DNA of 64,000 nt, from positions 30,477 to 94,476 of IMG/VR virus record IMGVR_UViG_3300050120_000158; one strand, 5' to 3'. Both the position numbers and the translations under genes were made by a program. This document shows positions 27,450 through 37,700 of this stretch, in pieces. This DNA comes from a virus. Below the pieces are notes generated by a model. The model was not told the origin of the DNA. It made no database searches and saw only the letters and a program-made list of their open reading frames with translations. Each line of letters opens with the position of its first letter. The first letter of the stretch is position 1.

Positions 27450-30400
27450 TTATGCGGCCACTGTGGAGTAAGTGCCCGACGCTGCGATTGAGGCGGAAGC
27501 ACGAGACGCGAGTGTACTATTCAAGTCATACATATACAAGGAGCGGGTAAAGCTATCCTGCACTATGGCAAGCTCCCAGCGCTGTTCGCCGGTGCCAGAA
27601 ACCGTCATCGAAATATCGTTCGCTGGATTGCCGTCACTCAAAAGAAGTCGTGGCCCAGTGTCGTTCTTGTACCAAAGTACCATATGGCTTCCACTATACT
27701 GACCTACCTTGGCGAGTTGTAGCGCTTGATCGAATACGCCAGCGCCAAAGATATCTGATGGTGTAAATCGAACAGTAATTTGCAGGGTAAACGTTGCCGC
27801 TACTGAGATAGTGTAGCCGGGTTCATCGCAGACAATTGACGTTCCATTATAGGTAGCGCCGACGCCTGTTACATATTTGCCTTGAGTAGCCGCCGTGCCA
27901 TTAAGCGTTCCGGTGATGCCGATCTCGAATGACCACACCTCTTGGACTGTTACGGGGTACGTGGCCGCCGCCTTGATCGTGGCAATAAACCAGTTGACTT
28001 GAGCGTTCCCCAAATCTAGCAACGGCTGCCAAGCGACCTGTGCTTGCGGATCGGTCCATAGGAACGTCGCATTCTGCCATTGCGGTGTGGCCGCATCACT
28101 GACGAAGTTGTAATCGAACCATGTTCTGGCGCGAACCTGCGCGTCATCTGGGTAGCCCGTATCAATCTGGAATTCATAGTGCCCCGTCAATACCCCGGCC
28201 TGCATTGACAATTCACTGTTATCAAATCCGCTAGGCGTCATGCCATAGCAGAACCCGGGCCATGCGAGAGCGGATTGATCGTCCGTATAAATAACATTCC
28301 TTGTTTGGACCGCGACAAGCAGCACCTCGGCAAAGCCCGCATTGAGGCTATACAACCCTACACCGGAAAGCGATTTGATCCAGAACTTACGGTTTTGCGT
28401 AAGGGGGTACATGACGTTCGCGGTGTTGCCCGATACGAGAGCAACCTTTCTGCCGATGGCAAAACTATCGCCTTCCCTTATCTCGTATCGAATATCGGTT
28501 CCGTTAACCTTATTCCAGTTGAAAATCACTCGGTCATTGTCTTGCGTTGCATAGAAGTTTTGTACGTCATCCGGGGGAGCAACGGAGGTAACAACGGATA
28601 CCGCATTGACGCTGTAGTGCTTCGTATCGTCGAGCGCCTTGATGAAGAACGTATGGTTGTTCGTGTCGTTAAGAACAACGAATTCCGTTGTGCCGTTCAT
28701 CTGTGTGGTAACTAGAGAGCCGCCATCCCATGAACTACCTTGGCGGATTTCGTAACCAACCACGTCAAGATCGGCAACAGCATTCCAGCTAAGCTGCACA
28801 CCGCTGATCGTCCGCGTTGCGGTGAAGTGCGTAACATCTGCCGGGGGCGCCGATTTTCCAAGGGCCGTATAGCTGATGTAACTAAAAGCCGAGTTTCCAC
28901 CGATAGTAGCAATCGCCCGAACTCCGAATGTATAGAGGCCCGGTGTTTCGTCGGTCATCGTGTAGCTAACGTCCGAAGTACCGGACAGTATTTGGAATGG
29001 ACTGCCCGCGAACGAATATACTAGCTGATAATAATTGATCCGGGTGTCCGGGACCGGTCCCCACGAAATAGTCAACTTCGTGCGGACTTGGTTGTTCGCC
29101 ACGTAGATAGCTTCCGAGCAAACAATATTTGTCGGCGCAGCAATCTGCGACGTATCGTCGATAAGTTTCTTGGTGGTGATAGCCTGATAGCCGGTCTCAA
29201 CACGCGCGTATTTGGTTGGGTCATACTCAAGCGCGGAAATTTCGAATGTCTGCGGCGCTATCTCTCTGTTATTGACGATCCTAAACAAGCGCGGAGCTAC
29301 ATCAGTGCCGGTAATAACGAATGGAACACCATTGTTGGGTGCCGCTGGCAGAGTACCAGCAAGCGGCACTACCGCATATGCGCCGTTCAGTCCCGGCGTA
29401 ACCGGAACGTCAACCACCGTAACAAATGAACTATAATAAAGCGTGCCACTTCTAAAGACAGAGAAGTTCTGCCCGGTGCGGCTTGTTCCGGCATAGACGG
29501 TTGTGAGTGCGAGACTGCCCGCGCTGGTTGGCGTGGCCGCGAGTTCATATTGCCTGTTATCACCCTCAAAAATGATTATGTCATTCGCCGCGAGCGGCAA
29601 AAGAGAGTTGTTAAACGCGGTGCCCGATCCATTGATAACGTTGCTGCCGTTCAATACGGCAACGCGGCCCCATGTCGGGATGACGACGCTCATTACATAC
29701 GTTTCAAGATTACTAAACGTATACGGAGCATCCATGGTGACGCTGGTGGCGGTCGCTGATACAACACGACCACCTTGCCTGAGACCGGCGTAAGCGGGAT
29801 CGCTAACGGATATAATTTCTCCCGGTACTGCGTCAGCATGGTCCCATCCTGCCCGATAGGTAACAACGTCCGTTGCATATTTCTCGGTATCAAGGGTCCA
29901 CCGACCCATGCGGCGGGCCTGCCCTCTCGATGTACATCCGAACGCCGTTATATCGATAGTGATATACCCAAATCGAGCAATAAGATCGGCATCTTCAACA
30001 ACGTCTACCGTTGGCGTATAGAAATTGGCAGGGTCATTCCATGTAACAAGGACGACGGAGTGCCGCGCGTTAAGCGGAACGCCGGTATAGGCAAACCCGC
30101 TGCTGAGTACATTGGCACGGGTAACAACGCGGCTAACTGGTCCCGGCGCGTCTTGTGACGCCATCACTTGTCCGGTGGCCCAGTAGATCATGCCGCGAAA
30201 CGTTCCGGCAAACATGTTCAAAACATCATACGCATTACTTTGCGACGTAATCTGCGTATTGAAAACAAAGCGCGGCTCTGTGCCGCCGCGACCGTCCTCG
30301 ACAAATTCATCGCAATATTTTGCGATGGTATAGAGAGTGGAGAAGTCTAGGTAATCATCGTTGATCCACTGCCCCAGCCCGTAACGCTCATGCGTCAAAA

Positions 30401-31592
30401 TATCGAGGAAACACCATACGGGATTGTTCGTCCAAGAGAGCGTGAACGTGCCATCCCATATACCTGTATAGGCCCGGGTGTATGCGTTGTAATTCGACGG
30501 AACTCGGATGATCCGGCCGTAAACATCATAGCCGCGCGTCGGTATTCCGTTGCTATCGTACTCTGTGTCCGCTGTAATACCGAACACCATTGAGTCACTG
30601 TACATGACTTGGCTATCGATGATCTCTGTATAACTCGCAAAAGTGATCTGGTCCTGCGTGTAAGTCGCATAATTCGCCGCGCCGTTAAAGTCGGTCGCAT
30701 CCGGGGTAATTCTGATGACACGGATTTCCCATGGAGCGCCGCCCGCAGGAAGCTCCATTCGGTAATCTTCGATAAACCCGGACTCGGTTTTGCCGGTCAG
30801 ATTAATCCATGCGTTTAAGTTATGGTAGGCGTTATAATTTCCAAGTCGGCCAACGCCGTTGCCGAACGTCTCAGATAGCGTCGTCTCGTACTGTGCATAG
30901 GGTATCGCAAGGGCGCTAAACTCTGGATAAAACGTTGTTGCCGCGCCAGCGTTGACCCCGGCATAGGTGCCGCCAACAATCCATGTAGGGCTACCTAGTG
31001 GGCGATAATAGAAAATAAGGTTGTACTGGCCGCCCGCAGGCACGTCCAATGATGTCATGCATTTAACGCCATCGGTCGGCCCCGACGGATTTGAAGTATA
31101 CCGTATGAAAGACGAGTCATAATAACCGGTAGTCCACTGCCCTCCATAGCTCATGTATTGGAGTTGAAACAGAACCGTAGTCGGGTTCGCGTCCCCGTTC
31201 GCGTCACCTTTGACAAAATTGCCGACGCTGATTTTGATCCTGACCGCGCTAACATTCGCGTTTTGAACGGTCTGGACGATTGGGCCATTATTCGCCTTGA
31301 CGATTTGCCCAACCTGCACCTCGTTCTCGACATCGGAAAATCCCGTCATGATGGATTGTTCGGGATAGCCTAGACGCCAATCCGCCGTCACCCCCAAAAC
31401 GCTGAATACCCCATCCGTAGGGCTTTGTAGAGGCACCCTATTGAAGTAGATAGAAGACAATCCGGCGGCGGGGCCAACGCACGGCCCTTCGGACACAAGA
31501 TCGAGGCAACGCACAAGCGTTTTCGACATGAGTGTATCGGCGGCAACATAACCAGTAGAGCCGCCGCTGCTGCCGCCAAAAAGACCACCCAT
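27450..31592 (-). CDS. central tail fibre / tail tip protein J
   Basis: DLVSEGP, WTNNPVW, RYGLG, YCDE.V.DG.GG.EPRF, FGCTSRGQARRMGRW, FnIII-like repeats. Confidence 0.92.
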   Translation of the reverse strand: MGGLFGGSSGGSTGYVAADTLMSKTLVRCLDLVSEGPCVGPAAGLSSIYFNRVPLQSPTDGVFSVLGVTADWRLGYPEQSIMTGFSDVENEVQVGQIVKANNGPIVQTVQNANVSAVRIKISVGNFVKGDANGDANPTTVLFQLQYMSYGGQWTTGYYDSSFIRYTSNPSGPTDGVKCMTSLDVPAGGQYNLIFYYRPLGSPTWIVGGTYAGVNAGAATTFYPEFSALAIPYAQYETTLSETFGNGVGRLGNYNAYHNLNAWINLTGKTESGFIEDYRMELPAGGAPWEIRVIRITPDATDFNGAANYATYTQDQITFASYTEIIDSQVMYSDSMVFGITADTEYDSNGIPTRGYDVYGRIIRVPSNYNAYTRAYTGIWDGTFTLSWTNNPVWCFLDILTHERYGLGQWINDDYLDFSTLYTIAKYCDEFVEDGRGGTEPRFVFNTQITSQSNAYDVLNMFAGTFRGMIYWATGQVMASQDAPGPVSRVVTRANVLSSGFAYTGVPLNARHSVVLVTWNDPANFYTPTVDVVEDADLIARFGYITIDITAFGCTSRGQARRMGRWTLDTEKYATDVVTYRAGWDHADAVPGEIISVSDPAYAGLRQGGRVVSATATSVTMDAPYTFSNLETYVMSVVIPTWGRVAVLNGSNVINGSGTAFNNSLLPLAANDIIIFEGDNRQYELAATPTSAGSLALTTVYAGTSRTGQNFSVFRSGTLYYSSFVTVVDVPVTPGLNGAYAVVPLAGTLPAAPNNGVPFVITGTDVAPRLFRIVNNREIAPQTFEISALEYDPTKYARVETGYQAITTKKLIDDTSQIAAPTNIVCSEAIYVANNQVRTKLTISWGPVPDTRINYYQLVYSFAGSPFQILSGTSDVSYTMTDETPGLYTFGVRAIATIGGNSAFSYISYTALGKSAPPADVTHFTATRTISGVQLSWNAVADLDVVGYEIRQGSSWDGGSLVTTQMNGTTEFVVLNDTNNHTFFIKALDDTKHYSVNAVSVVTSVAPPDDVQNFYATQDNDRVIFNWNKVNGTDIRYEIREGDSFAIGRKVALVSGNTANVMYPLTQNRKFWIKSLSGVGLYSLNAGFAEVLLVAVQTRNVIYTDDQSALAWPGFCYGMTPSGFDNSELSMQAGVLTGHYEFQIDTGYPDDAQVRARTWFDYNFVSDAATPQWQNATFLWTDPQAQVAWQPLLDLGNAQVNWFIATIKAAATYPVTVQEVWSFEIGITGTLNGTAATQGKYVTGVGATYNGTSIVCDEPGYTISVAATFTLQITVRFTPSDIFGAGVFDQALQLAKVGQYSGSHMVLWYKNDTGPRLLLSDGNPANDISMTVSGTGEQRWELAIVQDSFTRSLYMYDLNSTLASRASASIAASGTYSTVAA

Positions 31593-31604
31593 CTATTTTA
31601 TTCC

Positions 31605-32381
31605 TTAAGCCACTAGCCCAACGGCAGGTTGTTGCGGTATTGCAAACGTAAGGCTGTTCTCTGTTGGTGGAGATGAAACAACCGCGAGTGTCACCGGATT
31701 AAGCGACTCATTGTACAGCCCGGCGCTAACTACTACGGAACCAGCGATAACGCGACCGTAGACCAAGGGTACGCATACCCCCTCTGTATCTGTGTTGGCC
31801 GCGCCATTGAACGTGAAGCTACTGTAATTTTGGCCCGCCGCTGGCGTTAACATAATCGATATGCCTGCGAGCGCGATTGCGGTACCGGCCAGCGCAAGGG
31901 TGCCCCATGACATGCCACCAAAAATCGACGTGCCGGGAATAGCTGCGCCCATGCCGCCCATGAAACCAGCGGTCGAAGAAGCACCAACCGCGCTTGCGGC
32001 GTCCGCACCAAACAAGCCGCCAGCCGCCGCTCCGCCCGTCAAGGCAATAGCCAAGATCGAGACCCCGATGATCGCCATAACCATTCCCTTGCCCATACCA
32101 GAGCCGGATATTGCGGGAATGAAATGGATCGTGCCGTCTGGAAAATAGAAGTCCAAAAAGTTGTCATTACAGTAAATGCCGTGATTGGGCTCGCCAACGA
32201 CAACATGGTACGAACCATGCTGCAATGCCCCGCTGAATACCTTCGGGAAGTTGGCCTCAAGCAATCGCACTGCCTGCGAGGGGCTTTTGACCGCAAGCAG
32301 AAATTCCGACTGGCCAACAGCGTCGGCAAGGTGACCGTGCAGGACGACTTTACGCCTGCGCTGCGCTAAGGGTGCTGTCAT
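31605..32381 (-). CDS. tail assembly protein I
   Basis: LHGHL..SPSQAVRLL; SFTFNG..NT..EG.CVPLVYG...GS. Confidence 0.85.
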   Translation of the reverse strand: MTAPLAQRRRKVVLHGHLADAVGQSEFLLAVKSPSQAVRLLEANFPKVFSGALQHGSYHVVVGEPNHGIYCNDNFLDFYFPDGTIHFIPAISGSGMGKGMVMAIIGVSILAIALTGGAAAGGLFGADAASAVGASSTAGFMGGMGAAIPGTSIFGGMSWGTLALAGTAIALAGISIMLTPAAGQNYSSFTFNGAANTDTEGVCVPLVYGRVIAGSVVVSAGLYNESLNPVTLAVVSSPPTENSLTFAIPQQPAVGLVA

Positions 32382-33169
32382 GTTGCAGGTTCCTGCAAGG
32401 ATTTGTGGCGGAATGAGTGGGTCGAGAACTTACGCCAGTTATACACGCTTTCATCGGTCGATAGTCGTGGCCGCGTTACTGAACCGTGCAGATGGTGGCG
32501 CACCAGTCCGTTCCCCAAATACACACCACAATGATTAGTCGTGGGGGCGGTGGTAAGTTTACAGATCATTGCATCGCCGGGCTGCATATCTAAGAAGCCG
32601 ATTTCGAAGAACCCCGCTTCTTGGAAATGGGTCAAGAACATGTTGCTGTCCGTGGCTCCGTGAGCCTGATCCCACCACTGATCCTGCCGTGGGAAGTTCG
32701 GCAAAAGGATGTTGTACTTGTTCCTGTAGTGGTCGCGGCCCAGTGCGTAGCAGTCATAAACACCATGAATAAACGGGCGGCCTATCTCAGGTGCAATCGG
32801 AACATCGTCGCCAAAGAAAACAACGTCGATAACGTTGCTATGCCCCATGACGATAATGCCGAACGGTATCTTTGCGGTGATCTGCTTTTCCATGTCGTGG
32901 AAACTCGGGCACCGCTGCCCGCGAGGATGCGAGTGCATCACCGCCTGTAAAGACCCATGTTTCTCGATAAGCATAACGAGTTCAACCGGGTTAACTTCAA
33001 AGCTTTCTTGCGGGAGCGGATGGACATTTGCCATGGGGAAGTATTCGCCGCCCACAACCGCTCCGCAGCTTTCATTCGGAAAGGCTTTCAGCGCATGGTC
33101 CATAGCATCGTGGACCGCACTCTCAGGGACCGGATACAGCCCTTGTTGTCTCTGCCAGAATTGGTACAT
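32378..33169 (-). CDS. tail assembly protein K (JAB plus NlpC/P60)
   Basis: PNESCG, HSHP..PS..D, GVYDCY, HCGVYLG..HHL. Confidence 0.92.
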   Translation of the reverse strand: MYQFWQRQQGLYPVPESAVHDAMDHALKAFPNESCGAVVGGEYFPMANVHPLPQESFEVNPVELVMLIEKHGSLQAVMHSHPRGQRCPSFHDMEKQITAKIPFGIIVMGHSNVIDVVFFGDDVPIAPEIGRPFIHGVYDCYALGRDHYRNKYNILLPNFPRQDQWWDQAHGATDSNMFLTHFQEAGFFEIGFLDMQPGDAMICKLTTAPTTNHCGVYLGNGLVRHHLHGSVTRPRLSTDESVYNWRKFSTHSFRHKSLQEPAT

Positions 33170-33170
33170 A

Positions 33171-33887
33171 TTATGATTGTCCTCCGAATTGTCCTATCCC
33201 GAAGAATGCCCACGTAGGCAATGGGGCACTCCCGAAGCGTGCTTTGCACCCAACTTGATCTTTTCCGCATACGTCATTGGCTGGGGTAGTCGGCTGGCCA
33301 TATACGTCGAAACACGCAACTCCCGCATACGGGCACTGCGCATTCGTATAATCAAAGGTTCCATTGTTGGCGTTGTACGCACGATAAAATCTCTTGCAAT
33401 AATTCCTCAAAACCTTTCGGTTGGGGAGTTGCTGGCCCTCAACGTCGATGGCCGCCTGCAATTGAAATTCAATCTGCAACTTATCCGAGTTAACCTTCTG
33501 AGCAACTAGAAAGATATCCGGGGGGAAGTGGGCGTGCGGGTTTGGGGAAATTCCATTGTCTAGGTATTTAGCAAGCGTCCTTATCCGGGTCAGTTTGCAG
33601 CCGACCAGATCGTCACCATTCGCCACAAGGCCGGTCAAGGCCCGTGTAATATTGGCAATTTTGAAGCTAGGCGTGGGGAAGGTACCGCGTCCGCTGGTTT
33701 CAAACCCGTCAACCAGAATATCAACCGCGCTGTATTCGAGGCCACCAAAGAATAGCGAACCCTCTGCTGGATCGATGCTAGTTGTAAAATAGTGAACCAC
33801 ATCCCCGATCTTTGTAAGATCAAGCTGATACAAGAATACAACCTCGCCAAACGAGGCTTCGTGAACGTCCTGTTCAAGATCGCTCAA
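33171..33887 (-). CDS. minor tail protein L
   Basis: RIRTLAKYLD; conserved Cys (C..C.Y..C..DVC.K...C..RF). Confidence 0.9.
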   Translation of the reverse strand: MSDLEQDVHEASFGEVVFLYQLDLTKIGDVVHYFTTSIDPAEGSLFFGGLEYSAVDILVDGFETSGRGTFPTPSFKIANITRALTGLVANGDDLVGCKLTRIRTLAKYLDNGISPNPHAHFPPDIFLVAQKVNSDKLQIEFQLQAAIDVEGQQLPNRKVLRNYCKRFYRAYNANNGTFDYTNAQCPYAGVACFDVYGQPTTPANDVCGKDQVGCKARFGSAPLPTWAFFGIGQFGGQS

Positions 33888-34708
33888 AGGTCGAACTCCT
33901 GCCGCATGGTAATGGTAAGCGCCCAGATACCCGCATCAACTGGCTGGATTTTTAGATCGCGCGCTGACCACTTCGCGGCAATACTATCTCCCGGCGCGAT
34001 CCAGTAAAAGGAAGCAAAGCCTTTCTGCGCCCTGATAAAATTAACGATGGTATTCTTCTCTCTGGTTGTAACGTTCGTCCATGAAGCCGACCAAGAGTCC
34101 CTTGCGTTATTGATGCCTGACGCCGAGCGCTGTCCATACCCATCGCCGAATTCGTTTTCATCAATCGTAAACGTCACATTGTCATACGATTGGAAATCGC
34201 AGTCAGGTACGGGAATGCTGTTGCCCATGTCATCGATCTTGAATTCGATTTCCTGACAATAGACAGTATTGTTGGAAAGCTCGCCGCCGATGTTGATAAG
34301 CCTGTAGTAACGGAAGGCAGTCGAGACGATTGGGTATATTGGTATTACTTGTTTTACTCCGTTGCCCAACACGAGCGGCGAATAGACGGTATTCCATACA
34401 ACGCCGTCCGCTGACCCTTCCCAAGCAAATGTTCCCTGCGGCCCGGGAGCGTTTTGGTACCATGTGATTTCTTCGATGTACTTCGGCGTTCCGAAGTCAA
34501 AGATCCAGCCATAGTTAAGACCTTGGCTTGGATTAATGGAATAGACGCCCGTGCTGGTGTTATCGCCGTCAAGAAGTTGGCTAGGTGTACCGCTCTGCGC
34601 GACATACGAGGCCCACACACTTACTATGCCCGTGCGATCCCCTTTACCGCCCGGGTTATTGTAGTCGGTGACGTATGAGATCGTCGGGAATGTTGAGGGT
34701 ATTGCCAT
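33884..34708 (-). CDS. minor tail protein M fused to an N-terminal discoidin/F5-8-like domain
   Basis: C-terminal FGDGYGQR..GINN..F.W; N-terminal LLDG..WIFDFG..EGSADG..W..FRYYRL. Confidence 0.8.
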   Translation of the reverse strand: MAIPSTFPTISYVTDYNNPGGKGDRTGIVSVWASYVAQSGTPSQLLDGDNTSTGVYSINPSQGLNYGWIFDFGTPKYIEEITWYQNAPGPQGTFAWEGSADGVVWNTVYSPLVLGNGVKQVIPIYPIVSTAFRYYRLINIGGELSNNTVYCQEIEFKIDDMGNSIPVPDCDFQSYDNVTFTIDENEFGDGYGQRSASGINNARDSWSASWTNVTTREKNTIVNFIRAQKGFASFYWIAPGDSIAAKWSARDLKIQPVDAGIWALTITMRQEFDL

Positions 34709-34741
34709 CCGAATTTCCTAGTTTGCAGGAACCTGCAAGGA

Positions 34742-37700
34742 TTATTGACCTTGGTACAGCGCTCCACCGGGACGCTGATATTTGCGGATGACCCGGCCTA
34801 CCCCGTCCTCATGCTCCCGCTGCATATCCCGCTGCATAGCAACAAGCCTATCCCGCTGCGTTTTGCTACTTGTGCTTTGCGGTTGCGCGGCGTTGCCATT
34901 AGCACCAACATTGAAGTTGCTTTGCGGACTGAAAATTAGATTTCCTCCGCTGGCCTGCGAGCCGCCGCCATAGGTACCTATTGGCATAGCTCCGTCGTTG
35001 ATGCTGATGCCGAGCTTGCCATTCGGGCCGCGTGACAGCGGAACAACGGCTTCCGGTCCCGCCTCTGCCATAACACCAAGGTTCATCCCGCCGCCATTGG
35101 CGAACTTGAACATGGTTGGCGAATTGAATATCTGGTTTGTGAACGCACCACCATTCGCAAAGCCAAATATGTTTCCATTGGCGCTTGGCGCGACCGGGCC
35201 GAACATTGAACTTCCCGCCGTGCCCGGTAGGCCGCCCGTGCCAATGGCACCGACACCACCAAACAATGAGCTAAGGCCGCGCAGCATCAGTGCCTTGAGG
35301 ATCGTATCCGCAATACTCTTAGCGATGTTCGCAAGCGCTGCGCGCCAGTTTTTCTGCTGGCCGGTCAACAGATCGGTAAGCTGGGTCGCGGTCGAGTTGG
35401 CAAATGCCGTGTATGCGTCGGAAGCGATCTGGAAGTCCGTCTTGGACGAAATCGCCATCTTGGCTATGCCGCTATTCAATCCCTGCGTAACGGTCCCCGT
35501 GCGCTCGTACAAACGTATGTTTTCATTGATGTTTGCCTGATCCTGCTTGTAATCGCTATTGGCCTTATTCGCTGCCGAGTTCTGCGTCTCATAGGTCGAA
35601 CCTAGAAGGTCTTTGTACTTTTGCAGCGCGGAGGTCTTAGCTTCGATTGCGGAAATTTCTAGGTTGGTTTGGTCAATGGCCAGCTTGGTTGCTGCCGGGT
35701 CAGCCGTGGGCTCTAGCGCTTTCGGTGGCGTGCCTGACGCGGTGCTAGCGGTCCCGTTATCGTTGGCCGGTCCTTGCCCGAGTTGCTTCTTGTACCCCGC
35801 GATAATCGCCTGCGTCGTCTCGATAGCCTTGAAAGCATCGATGCCCTCTGCCTGCATCTTCTGATAATTTTTCAGCCGGGCAAGCTCGTCGTTCATCTTA
35901 ACGGTAATGTCGTCGCTCTGCTGTCCGCTAAGTTTATCCGCGCCGTCTTGACCAATTAGCGATGCGCCGGGAGCAATCGTAAATGTTGGTGTCGGGGCCT
36001 TACCAATCGAGCCAGTCAATGCGTCACGGTGCGCCAGAAGGTTCGCTCGTTCTTCCTGAAACGCACGAAGGTCGGCATCCACTTTCGCAATTTGCGTTCG
36101 CTGTTCGTCCAAGCGTCTTACATCGGAAAGACCTTGGCTAGGTGTGCCGCCAGCGCCCACAATAAGCGCTTCAATCTGGCTAGAGATGGCAGACTCGCCA
36201 ATCCTAGCTTGATCGGTTGCGTTCTTTATGATGTTGAGCGCAGCCGTCTGCGAGTTGGCATTTGCCGCCGCCAGATCGTGAAGCGCGTTGTTCCGGGTCT
36301 CAGTGATTATCTTGGTTCGGGTGTTGACGTATTGCTCCCACTGCGCCTTGAGCGTTGGGTCCGACTTGTACTTGCCCTCAAGGTTATCAACGAATTTCTT
36401 TTCCTCGTCGTCAAGCTGCTTAAGGGCGTCCTCGTATACTTTATTGATGGCGGTCGTATCGATCTTGAGTTTGATAGAGAAATCCTGCGATCCTCCCGCA
36501 GAGAAAATCTGTTCAAGCATTTTGGTTTGGTCGCTAAACATTGCATCGCGCAATGTCTGAACCAGATCGCGGTTGACCCTCTGCTTGTCTGGGGTTGCTT
36601 CCTTGAGCTTTACAATATCTACGGCGGATGCCTTAGAAAGCCATGCGACGATCATCGACGAGTTCGCATCTTTGATCTTGTTTATGCCGTCAAGCACTTC
36701 CTTAGGGGCGGACTCCCCCGATTTACTAATAGAGGCTAGCCGCTCGTTAAGGGCGCTGACCAGCGCTGCTTTAACAGCATCATCGGAGCCGCCACCCTTA
36801 AGAACGTCAATCGCCCCCTGAATTTGCTTCTTCGATCCATCAGCGTTTAGGACCGGTTTGAATATGGTTTCCGACTTGCCCGTGTTGTCGTTATAAATCT
36901 TGACAATTTCCGACGCAATGTAGCTCTGGCCGGTAAGCGCTTTTCCGAAGTCACCACCAACAAGCAGCGTTCCGAACTGGGTATCAATCTTCTTGCTTTC
37001 CTTGTCAGCCCAATCTTCCCACGTCTTTATCATCTTGTCGTTTACGATAGCAATATTCGCCCGCTGCACTTCGAAGGGGTCGGTATTAAGTTCCGCAAGC
37101 CCCTTCTCCAGTTCAAGCTGCGCGGCCCGCGCTTCCTTGTTTACGGCGGTCGCTATGGCATGGCTTTGGTAGGTAAACCCAGCGGCTTCCGCAATATCGG
37201 CGGCGACCTTATCTGCCTTAGCCTTATCCAGCGCAAGCGCCGTTGCTACCCCGGGTCGTGCTTGGATATCGGCAAGAGCCTTATTGTAATTATCTTCGGC
37301 TTCCTTAATCGTCTTAATGCTATCGAGGCGGTTCTTGATGTTGGACTGCGCTTGAGGAACCGCCTTACGAAGTTCAACTACCTTTTTGTCATCAGCCTGC
37401 GATGCAATAAAAGCCTGCGTAGGATCGACGTTCGCGTCGGTATCCTCAATGCCCATAGTCGTCATGGGCTGCGTCCCCGACAAGTCGGAGCCCTTGCGGA
37501 TTTCATCCGCAGTCATGTTATGGCCCTGCTTGTCAGCAGTGGCGGCGAGGTAGTCCCTTAGCGCCTTCTGGGCCGTTTCAAGTGAACCTTCGTTGACCTT
37601 GATACCGGCATTAAGGTCATCAAAAGATTGCTTAACTACCTTCAATTGATCATTAAGCTGCTTGTACTGCTCAACCGGGGTCGCCCCGCCAAGCGCAATG

